A stretch of DNA of 64,000 nt from Phoronis australis (Eukaryota; Animalia; Phoronida), in assembly GCA_002633005.1 (NCBI GenBank), contig NMRA01000335.1, positions 248,001 to 312,000 of the forward strand, read 5' to 3'. The translations under genes and the position numbers were made by a program. The stretch's first letter is position 1; each line of letters begins with the position of its first letter. Under the pieces are notes generated by a model that saw nothing but the letters and a program-made list of their open reading frames with translations, did no database searches and was not told the origin of the DNA. This document shows positions 1 through 12,100 of this stretch, in pieces.

Positions 1-112
1 CACTCGTCTTGCTTCGAGGTCTTCTACAGAGCCACAGATGGACGTTGGCAGGGGCCACCTAGCGGGATTTTCACCATCGCCGTCATGTATAACCAGACTA
101 CCAAGAAGGCAG
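1..112 (-). CDS. CUB domain exon, C-half (truncated by the window)
   Basis: Acceptor aatgttgtag; CLLGSLVIHDG...SICGS. Confidence 0.78.
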
Positions 113-3100
113 CTACAACATTACAGATACACGTAGTTAGAGTGAAACCCACATATAATTCCAAGAGTGCTTTAAGGGCATTTCATTTGTAAAGTCACTC
201 GCCTTGATTTCAGCAAATGTTCTTTACTTTAGTGTTCCTTGCTCATATTACAAATGACTTCTGATAATAACTGACAGCTATTTCGTGAGATCAACGTCGA
301 TAAGCTGGCGTGTTAGGGCTGCTTTCAAATATTATCTAACGTCCGTTCTTTCTGTAGCTTCGATAACCATTAGTTAACTGAATAAGGAAAAGCTTGAAAT
401 CAACTTTTTAGCAGTAAGTGATGTCAAAAAAGTTTCTTTGAAGGTCGAAAACGGTCTTAATATAGCTTCAAAGAGTTCACTTCAACAAAAGTGTTAAAAA
501 AACAGAGCATGTACTCAGAAGATGTGCTCAGCCTACAAACAAGAGGACCATGCGAGCAACTGAAATTGAAGAGGAAGTCGCCCAAATGTATGTCTCCAAC
601 TCCAAAGCAAAATTTGTTTTTAAGTTAGGTAAACATGATATTAAGATTACAGACGAAAGGGTTCATATGAAGCTGAATGAAATATGCAGCAAAAAGTCGC
701 GGAGAGCAATCAAAGAAAACGCTCACACACACACGCGCGCGCACGCACATACACACATACACACACAAGCACGCGCGCGCACACACACACACACAAACAC
801 ACACACGCACACATAACCATTACAAAACAAATTTATTTGTAGTTTATATCCCACCTTCTGCTGTTATTTTCGTAGTAACCCGCGTTTATTTTCGTGACGG
901 TCACGTCTACACGCTGGTTAGGTCCAGTGATGAATTTAAACCAGCACGAAAACCATTGACCAACCATGGTTGCAGGAACAACCGGAAGTTCTAGGTTGAC
1001 CACGGTCTCCGTGGATAATTTGGCCCACGTCTTGTTGCAAAGACCTGAAAAGAGTGTAGTAGATAAAAGNCGCTGGTTAGGTCCGGTGATGAATTTAAAC
1101 CAGCACGAAAACCATTGACCAACCATGGTTGCAGGAACAACCGGAAGTTCTAGGTTGACCACGGTCTCCGTGGATAATTTGGCCCACGTCTTGTTGCAAA
1201 GACCTGAAAAGAGTGTAGTAGATAAAAGTAGTGAGGAAATGCAGGCAGCCATTGCGGACTTTTAACGGAAAGGGAAAAGTCTTATGTGCATTATATAGTA
1301 AGGAATCGAGAGGGCTTTTAATGGTTTAGTGGTGAAAATCGGAAAAGTTTCAGAATCGATTAATCGGAACCTTTCCGATTTAAGTCCCGATTTTGGATTG
1401 GCTTTGAGTGATGATATTGTCACTGACTACTGATAAGGAATGTTTGCCATGAGACTGGATCAAGATGCAAGCAACCAATGACGTTGTCTTACGCTACCAT
1501 ACAAGCGTACCTAGCATTGGCAATGTTTAAAAAAAGGAGCGCCTCGGCTTTGTTTTCCTCAAAGCAGTCCTTCAACTTTTTTGTGGTCCTGCGACGCGAA
1601 ATTTGACGCTGAAACCCTTCACTACCGACACTGTAAATAGCTATTTTAATAGCTATTGTTAAAACAGTTTGATGGTTACATTATCAAGGGGCACGAGGCG
1701 TCATGTCCGAACACCGAATATCCCAAATTCAAACTTTGCAGTATCTGAAATAGCTTGTAGACTAGAAACCAGGTGGAACTGTCCTACTTGTAGACTTTCA
1801 TTGTAATGATGAACAGTCATTAATCTCAAATGATCCATGTGTGGTTCACAAAAACAAATCATTTTTTCAATTCATGGGATTTCTCTCCACTTTTGGCACT
1901 GTCCAGCAAAATCTGTATCAAAAAACAGTGAATGTTAATGAGTCGTGGTGATGTACCAGTCGCCGGACTACTTGTGAGCTGAAAGCGTGTGATCAAATTT
2001 TGCTTTGAACATCGTATTTGCTTGATTGTCATTTGACTGATCAGTACCCATTTTAAAAAGATATATTACCAATAGGATTTCCGGTAAAGCTGACAAAGGT
2101 GAGACACATAGGTGTCAAAGATCAACACATACACTTTGATTCCAATCCACACGACAAGTGTGATGGAAAAATCTCACTACAGGCAGTTAAGCAGTGAGCG
2201 TAAGAAAACAAGTTGCAACCCAAAGTGTCGTAAGTTCTGAATGACTATTGATGTTTTGTCGTTAACAGCTGCACAAAAAACTATTATAAAGCCGCTTTTA
2301 CAAACCCACCTCCTGCAAAAAATATTAATTTTTTTACTTAGGTCACGTACTGTTATAAACTGGGTTGAGATCATAACTGTCTCGCGGCGATCGAGAAAAG
2401 TCTTGCAAAATTCGCATGCCGTCAATTGAAAATTTACGGCGGAGTATTGCGAGATCTCGCTTTTCTAGCGAGACATCAGCGATACTGAACGCACACCTGG
2501 TATCAATGAACTTATTACTTACACGGATTAAATTAGGACATCTAGACCTGGAATGGACTAACACCTTGTTTTGCTCCATCTGCGTCAAGGCATTACTTAA
2601 TATGCATTACTTAGCCAGGTCTTCGACATCAAAGAATTAATAGTTCTTCCTCTTGTTTTTGCTTTTCGACCAGAACATAAAATTGCCGTCTGCATCTAAG
2701 CACTTTACTGAACCCAGTCAGCAGTGCGTCATGACAGTTCTAGATGTATTCCTGGGCCCAGTCTGCTTAAAGGTAACTTTAACATGTATTACATTTACTG
2801 AGCCCAGTCTACATAGTATGTCATGGAGTTTACATGTATTCCTGGGTTGGTTCAGTCAGCACTAAAGACAACTTTACATGTATTACTGGGCTTAGTCAGC
2901 GTCATGACAACTTAACACGTATTACCGGAACCTGGTTTTCGGTAGTGCAAATTGACATCTCTTTGTAAGACCTGAAATCAACTGTAACTTTTGTGAGGAA
3001 CACATTGAAATCGGTAAGTGGGTCTGAAAAATGAAGTTTTCACAGTAGTGCGTTCAGTTACCGTAACGTCAACTAAAACGTGACGTCGACGTTCATCATT

Positions 3101-6100
3101 TTGCTACTACCCAACCACTATTCAAGAAAGCAATCTGTCAGACGGAACATAATCATCACAAGGCAAATGACGTCACTCTGTAAATGAAATTTGTACATTG
3201 TTGATTGACTGACTAATGGGATGTTATGGAAAAGGATGTTAAATCCCAATTTCCTCACGATCTCTCTCACAGCTGATTAGTTTACCTGTTATTGCATGAT
3301 TGTTTCTTCTTGCAAGTGATAAAACCATAAGTCCTATACTCGGTTCACATGATGGCTAAAACGCTGACAGTGAACGTGTTTTGGCATCAACGACTCGGGC
3401 GGTGAGGAAACAAACTAACTGCTAGTGAAAAATATCTCCTTCCGGCACACACAGCTCGCCTGTCTGACTAAAATGCTAGGTGGTGAAACTGCAAGCATTG
3501 TCTCCACTCATGTGAACCTAGTACTTGAGGAAATGTTCCAGGCTGGGGTAAACTTTGGCTTCACTACCGTCGCTTACTTGTTCCATGTTAGTCACGTTTA
3601 CCGCTTTTAGCAGACTCTATGAAGGCTTTTTAAACTTGCTCCCAGCTTTTAAGTGTTTATGAAGGACACAGAACATTTTTGGTTTCAAAGATTGTCGGGC
3701 AAGAACATGGTTTAGTGCCACTGGCTATATAAACCCACTGACCTTCCTTCAGAAAATCCAACTTTTAATTAAACCACTCACATGTATCGTTAAGAAATTA
3801 GTCTCAAATTGTTCGTTAGTTGAAACAGTGATGTCATTTCTGATATTGGAATGACTGAACAAACACTTCGTTATTGTTTGACACCAGGCTCTAGACACGT
3901 GTCACGGCGTGTCATTTTATTCGCCGAGCATGGACTCAAACAAGCTGCCAGTTCTTCGCAACACCATCAAATGTTAGTTCTCAGCTAAATAAAAGACAAA
4001 TTGAACCCAATTTTAAAGTCGCTTCAAGTAATATATATATTCATTAATAATTTTCAATACTATACCAATTTTGTTAGTTGCAGCTGATATATGTTTATTT
4101 TGGCCCCTTCCCCGCGGTCGTTGCGGGGCCCTAATCGTCCGCTTATGTCTCTTTGCGTGCGGTCCAGCACAGTTTCCCTTTTACGGTGGCACTGTTCTGC
4201 TATTTCCAACAACTGAACCATGAAATTTGAGAGATGCGCTAAACGATAATGATTAAAAGTTAACGATGGGATGCACACCCACTCGCTAAGTACTAGCGTT
4301 TAATTCACCGTTGCGAACTGTCTTGAAGCCCGTAAATCACGGTTATTTAAGGAGGCAAAATATAGACAACGGCCAATAACGAATGCTTCGGTGCCAAGGA
4401 TCAAATGCGTTTTCCTTGTCCTGAACCTGCATTCTGTGTAGAATTAGGTTGTGATGCGATTCGCATGTGTTTACCACTGCTCCTTCGCATACATGTAAAT
4501 ATCGCATTTAGCGGACTGATTGGCTAATTGACTAAGCCCAGATTCAGAGGCAGGGCGAAGTGTCGATAGCGCATACAAGTACTTGTAAACTGTGGGGGAG
4601 AATTTCAATGGACGCAGGAGTTTCGCACTGCCTGTAGAGCTGGTATCAACGATATTCTATTTTCCAAACTTCTAATCAGTTTATATGTGGCATTGATTCT
4701 ACATGTAAAATTGGCCCAAAGGGCGCATTATTTTACAAGAGAAGTTCTAAGTTGCAGAAACACAGAACATGTTTTTTAAAACATTGCATAATGCTAATGA
4801 TCTGATTGGTCATCACTCCCTGAAACGGAATTAACAGACATGAAGCGATTTAGTTTAACTCTTCTATAATTACGTAGCTGAGTAAGTCCATGGTCAATTG
4901 GCATTTCGAGTATGTCCGACACTGAGGATACTCTCATTTCGGTGGACTCGAAGAAAGGGGAAACCATTTCTACGGTTCTTCCCCGAAACTGTACCTTTTG
5001 TAAATGTTTATTTTATGAACATAACTGTTTCGTAGATATTCTTGTACACTGAGCAGAATTTTCAACCCATTAAGCCTGAAACAGAACAAAAAGCCGAGAT
5101 GCAGCGTTGTCCAGTAATCAGGACAAAATTTCCATGGAAAGTTAAAAATTATTTCTAACCCTGAAAAATCCTTGTGTCGATTTGCGAAGTTGGAAAAAGG
5201 ATCCCATCTGTTTGTGAGAGTTTCGAATTCCCAAGGCAAAAAGTTTCGTCGGAAAAGACATATTTTCGCGAGGAATTTTGTCAGAAAAGGCACCAGATCC
5301 GAACGGAACTTTGTCAGAAAAGGCACCTTTTCATATCGAAACTGGTCGCATAACCAGCAGCCTTCTCAGCTCCACTTCTTCACGTCATGGGACTGAGGGC
5401 TCCCTCGCGGTTTAAGACGTTAGGCGGCACTGCACGTGTATGTGCATTATACTATGCAGTAACCCAATCACCTCACACGTAATAAAAGTCATATATGTAC
5501 ACGATTTAGCTTATCAACCATCGTGTCGATTATACATATCCTGGAGTAACAAACTTTCACCATTCGTGTGATGGCTCGGGTGCGCAGAGGTAACAATCAA
5601 CAACATTCAATTACAAGGGACTCTCTTCGATAATTATTTTCATGGATTTCCGCTACACACTCGAAATAAAAAGTTAATAGTTGTCCACTGAGAGAATTCC
5701 AGTTCTCGAATCGATTTCAACGGGATAGTGCCTGATACATTAAACATCCTTAAATTTGAGGCAAAAATATCAATTTCATAATTGCCTGTTTCCAGTTGGC
5801 AAAAGTTTAGAGCATTGATACCGACCCTCAAACAGTTGTCAATTGTTGTTTCGTGAGAGTTGCGAGACACGATCCATGAAGTGATTTTTTGACAAATCGC
5901 AAAACATTATAGCCAAACACCCTCCTGTGAACACTGGCCGCTGACATCACGGTCACAAATCCGGCTGTGGCAGTTGAATTTTAGTTCTAAAAGATATATA
6001 CAGTACAAACATTTTTTGTTGAAAATGCCGGAGTCTTGTTATCGCCACAACCTTGCACCTGCCTTCAGTCAAACCACCGCTTGTACGTGACAGTGCTTTC

Positions 6101-9100
6101 AGTTTGCTCTTCACTCAGATTAGTAATGATTTCAGACTTTCAGAAGCAACTGTCAGTTCGCTCTTGCTTGAGACTTATAGTTTGCCTTGACGTGGTGGAT
6201 TATTTACGCGCCCGTCAACGTCTAAGCACTAATGAGCTGTCAGTTCAGTGCTCACAAGCCCAGAAACCACTTCTTGCAGTATCTGAATGAGGAAAGGCTG
6301 AGACAAATTTGGTAGAAAAGACTGCATGCTTTGGATATTTGTAATTTCCCCTCAGCCTATCGAAATTCCCTTACATTGTTACATGTAGTTTTTCATTTTT
6401 CATTGTTGCAAAATATTTGCTTTTAGAAAAGAGAGCCGCGCAAATTGTACGGTCCGCCACTGACGATAGGCAGGCAAACTTAATTCTAATTTTCCAGGAT
6501 TGCAAGGAGTTTCATGCCATGTTCAAGTATTCGCGTATTTGTGGCCGTAGAGCAAAAACTGTACACAGAAAGTGCCGTTGGCATGCCGAAAGCTACATGC
6601 ACACGCACATTTTTCCGTCGAAAGTTGTGGTCAGCTTCGTCCCTCCTTACAACATCCTATAGGTCCGGCGATGGTGCAAGAAAGTTGTGTTGAATAGATT
6701 TATGTAGTCATANTGCATGCTTTGGATATTTGTAATTTCCCCTAAGCCTATCGAAATTCCCCTTACATTGTTACATGTAGTTTTTCATTTTTCATTGTTG
6801 CAAAATATTTGCTTTTAGAAAAGAGAGCCGTGCAAATTGTACGGTCCGCCACTGACGAAAGGCAGGCAAACTTAATTCTAATTTACCAGGATTGCAAGGA
6901 GTTTCATGCCATGTTCAAGTATTCGCGTATTTGTGGCCGTAAAGCAAAAAATGTACACAGAAGGTGCCGTTGGCGTGCCGAAAGCTACATGCACACGCAC
7001 ATTTTTCCGTCGAAAGTTTTGGTCAGCTTCGTCCCTCCTTACAACATCCTATAGGTCCGGCGATGGTGCAAGAAAGTTGTGTTGAATAGATTTATGTAGT
7101 CATATGTAAAAACTACCCACTTCTTACGCCATGCGCGCCATGCCGAAATCATAGCGCAAAAGATGAAAACATTTGCGCACCACTTAAGTCCCCCGCAGGC
7201 TAACGTAAGTTTCAGTCATCCGGCGCACTATGAAACCCAACGCAGGCCCAGCATGAAACTCCTTTAAATACGTGTGTTGCCTTTGGCTTCTTTACTGAAT
7301 CAAATCGTCATTAAATGAACGAAATTAAGTGTTTGCCAAATATTTGTATTCACTAACTGTTTCCGATTATAGATTTTGACGATCATCAGCCCCCGGTCAT
7401 TAAAGATGTAAAATGTTATTTTGGCGATATTATACGCTAATATAATTCCTTTCCTGTCTAACGATTTCTTAGAAAAGATGATACGTTTTTTCTAAACAAA
7501 TGGGAATTGAATGCCGTTGCTGTCACTCGAAACATCATCTTTATGTCGGAGTAACACGTTTGGAATAATTGAAATCGATAGTCCACTCGCTCTAACTGAC
7601 TTAATGGGAGCTTTATAGAGATTCATTAAACGCAAAATAAGGGCATTAATAGTTTGGGATGCAACTGAGCGCAGCATCAACCCATCAACATATCTCAATA
7701 GACGGATACAGGCGGTGTGGAACTCGTTAAGTACGCCACGAATACTTGACAATTCGACATCAGTTCCCATTTACTTGATGGCTTTTCAATACAACAAATT
7801 GCATGTACATGTACTAGGAGCATTATGATGTGTTCTCACAAAGTTAAACTATTTAGCTACTAATACGCTCAGAAATTTTAGACTGTTAAAGAGGAAACAA
7901 GCGAACCTCTTTTAAAAATGTTCACATATTCATATACACTGGGCCACTTTCAGATTTAGAAATAGGTTTACACGTTCAAATTCGAAAAGAACTGAAAGCT
8001 CTGAGTTTGTTGTATTGACGGTTAGATCCTGAAGCAATATGGGCTTCGGGAGGATTCCAGATGTTTTTCTGCAACCAATTTGAATTGGAACACATGATGT
8101 ATAAAACAACGCGGTGTTGCCTTGGAAAGGCAAATACGCTTGTGAAGAAACCGAGAGGAAAGAAGTCGTTTTTAACTAGAACAAGGTTTACAGTGGCTCT
8201 AAGGTCAATGAAATGATGCCTCAATTAACGTTACCAGTGATACCGCATGTAATTATTACATTACGTTAAATACATTTGGCCAGAAGTCTCACCAGTGCGC
8301 GTACAGTGTATGTTCCAAACAGTGAAAAGGGAGCATAACTTTGAGCCAGACTGACATGGAGAGCGTGCCGTAAACTACCAATTTTCTTGCGGAAAAAGGA
8401 AGATCTTACAAGACCTAGCAAAATCACAGGAGGGAAACCGAGTGTTTTGCGAGTGTGCTCGGGAGCTTACTTACCCGCGGTACTTGGGGGCTCTGGGGCT
8501 CGAACGAACCCTCCATTTGGCCAAGTCCGCAAAAATGGTCCGCCTCAGAGAAACAAAAAACCCAAAAAGTAGAGAACGAGATAAAAGCTCACTAAGAAGG
8601 CAAAAACTACCAAAATTCGGCGAATGCACAATTCATAGCTCTCACAGGTCCGCATTCTTAAAACTTCGAGCCTCCCCAATTTTTAGGCTGGGTGCACGCA
8701 TGTCCTAACGAAACTTGATAACGGCGACTGTAGTGATATGTATACATATATATACTGTATATTGGTACCGGCAAGAAGGGTCCGATCTGTCATGGCTTTT
8801 GATTGGTCATAAAGATGAGTAACTTGCAGTAGCAACGAAGGCTGGCCTTCTGGCTAACACCTCAACGCTAATGTCTGTTGTCCGTTCAGTAACGGCAAAA
8901 GGTCTGACATTGACGCATCTCCGTGTTGCACAGTACCAAAGGCACAATACTGATATCAACCTTATCCTACGGACAGTCTTATAGTACATATTATACAGCT
9001 ATTGAGAAGCTTAGAATGACTGTACAAAATAACAAACAAACGCTGTTTTATTTATTCTCTACAACCTATTTAAATGTTAAATGACGACACCTACCAGGCA

Positions 9101-12100
9101 AGTCAACTCGTGTTACTTTCCAAATAACTAAGGAAGTCACTACAGTCAGGAACTTGCCTCTATTTTCGGCTTGGTCGCTGAGCGAATATTTTTCAACGCG
9201 AGTGAAAGTTAATGTTTTGTGGTCTATTGTTTAGAACGCATCGTTGCATGCTTGTGCGCGGCGTCTATGTTTCCGGTTTGCCAAACGTTTTCCGCTTGCT
9301 TGCTCCGCGTGCATGCCCTCACCGCGATTTGCGCCATTTTTAGATGGTACTATGCAATACATAATACACAAAGGCAATATGTGACCGATACGCCGAAAAA
9401 TACACACAAGCCAAGAACTCCAAAGCAATATGCCAGAGTTATCAAGGTTAGAAACAGAGCAAAACAAATTACATAGGATTCCGACATCATCTAACTTAAT
9501 GTATTAATCATTTTAAGGTAACTGATCATTACTAATGAACATGGGTGATGAATAAAAACACTCATGTAGAAGAGTTGCAACCATTTCAGTTAATCGATTT
9601 GATAAAACCAAGCACAAACTACTTGCCATGTTATTAGAGGTCGTAAATGTAGTGTAATAGGTTAACAGAAAACGACGTCGGCATAGTCACTTTCCAAAAA
9701 ATCACCGGAAGTTAGGGGCAAAGTGTAGATACAGACTCCACTCCCCGTTTTAAATATTTTCAACCAGGCCATCCTCATCAGCGAACAACCCTGATTCTCT
9801 TGCAAGGAAGTCTCTATACAATGTACGTTCACACCGCTTTCTCATTGCCGGCCCATTAAGCGATGTAAGCTGTCAATTATAAGGGACCCTGCGGTGACCA
9901 CTGGCCACAGGGGAAAATAAACGACTGCTAAAACATAGACAGTCGAAACTAATGAAACTGAAGTATTCACAATTATTCATGAATATCTCACATTACTTAA
10001 ATAACATTCCCCAAACCAATCAATGCACTACATGTAATGGTGGTTGTCATACGCTTGGATTGTACAAATTGCCTTATCGAAGTGTTATTGCATGGATAAT
10101 AGTAATACTTGTACACTATAAATGCCGTGTTACGACACGTTTTCAAGCTACTGTAAACCCTTTCCTGACAAGATAAACATTTTTATTTATTCACCATTTT
10201 GAAACATATTTCAAGTTGTTTTTTACTCAGATTAGAGATGATTTCTGGGAGAAAAAAGACCAGATAGCTATTTCCCAAGAGTAGGCTCAATAATGCATGT
10301 AAAGTTGCCAGCCAGGACCTAGAGGGTCACGTATTGGGTATGAAGCAAAAAAGTCCTCTACAAGACCTCAAGTGCCGTTTAATTCGACTTCTGGACAAAG
10401 ATTGTAATCCTGGTAAGTGATCTACGTCAAAGTCAGTATTTTGTTACACAAGATGGGTTAATAACGGCCCAACAGTTACTGATCCGTTACTGCTGACAAC
10501 AAAATGTTGATTGACCAACCTGTAGTCACCCCCCGAGAATCACCACAATTAATCGCGTAGTAGAAAATGCAACAAATAAGTACACGGTTTCGTTTAAAAT
10601 TTTTGACTGGGTGGTCAACCGGCGCATGCGGCATCATTCGAGAAGAACGAGATACTTGGGTAGTGTCTTAAAGTGAAAACTTGCATTCTTCTTATAATGA
10701 GATTTTCCCATCAGGAATTACATTTACGTCGACACCAAATTGTCTGTTTAATCTGAAACTTCGAAAACTCTGGTTGTTGTTTGGCAGCTTGTCAAACTGA
10801 AGATTTTACTCTCGGAGTTGAAGTGGCATTTCGCCCTCTATAGCTGACCAAATAAAGGAAAACGCGATTTATGCCTTGAACTCTAATAAAACAGGTATCA
10901 TACTGTTCCTTGCTGTTACAGGACCTCGAGAGTTTCTTTTGACGGCATGAACTACGAACCCATCAACGACACAAAAGCGCTTTTTACTCAGGTTGGCCCA
11001 CCCTAAACTCTTTGCATGGCAACAATTCAAGGTCGGTTTGCTTGGTCATGTTTTCAAACCCCAAAGAATTCAACATTGACAACTAAACAGCGATGATATG
11101 CAGCTCTCCAATGTGTCCAATCCCATATGTACGACATAAGAAAAAAATGCACGGAAAAGGGGAATTTTGTTTTTCCTGGATCAACTGTCATTAAAGAACG
11201 AATGAAAAACCTATAATTTTCATATACCGTATTGTATTATCTGCTGTAGCGGACGGAACAAGGCGATAAACTTACGTGGAAGTAAGGGTGTGAGTGAAGA
11301 GTTTCAGTGGGTGTGTCCAGTTTGATACTGCCATGGAGAACATGTATCACGTGGAATGACGGTGGTGAAAAGCAGAAGCCACGAAGTGGAGTGACAGGTG
11401 AAGACTAAGCACAAGAAGGAAGGCGAGGACCTTGACGAGGACGACTACAGAAAGGTTGCGGAGGAGATAGAGAAGCACAGAAATCCGTTCACTGACCAGC
11501 AGTCATATCTCCGTAACATCTGCAATCGCCTAGTAGTTACCGATTGTTAAGAACAACATAGTCATCGGACACGAGCAGAGCAGTCAGCATTTTAATTCCG
11601 GTAAGCAGTGAATGTTACAAAGCAATTAAAAAGTCAAAATGCTGGAGCTGATGAAGAGACCTGTACTGTCAACGGAAGGCCATACTATAAGAGATTTAAG
11701 TAAAGCCTCGGCACTCTACTCCCTCTCTATTCTAACGCTTGTAAAAAGTTGTGTGCTTTGAAAGATATGACCAGTGGAATAAGTGTCTTTGCTTTACTCA
11801 AGGTTGTGGGTTCGAGTCGCAGGGTTGCACACTTGAGTCAGGAGTCTCCTCAGCTAGGTTTCAACTAATAAAGCCTAAAAGTGGTTCCACGTGATCAGTA
11901 AGATGGGCCTACCTGGTACAACAATTTTGTAAATTTTAGTCTGAGATGTTGAAAGGAAATCTAATTGCAGTATTTAGCTATCCCTTATTCTTGATATAAT
12001 GGAATCACAGAAATTTTAGTTTTGCATTTCCCATGAATTTAACATTCTGTCTGCCAAAAGAGGTGAATTTTGTTTCACTTCAACTTGACCTTTGACCTCT

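Noticed and set aside
1-192. Plus-strand open frame HSSCFEVFYRATDG...
   Set aside because: Antisense shadow of the minus-strand CUB exon.
550-994. ORFs with HT/VC dipeptide runs
   Set aside because: These are translations of the (CA)n microsatellite.
833-1252. 139-aa ORF with an internal tandem duplication
   Set aside because: The duplication flanks a single N (assembly overlap); the real unit is the CUB exon 855-1044.
6417-7054. Two near-identical 81-aa ORFs (apparent tandem paralogues)
   Set aside because: Allelic overlap artefact, non-ATG start and no recognisable domain.
10688-10843. Phase 1-1 exon-like block in the CUB gene intron
   Set aside because: Two in-frame TAA stops, a GC donor and no domain similarity.
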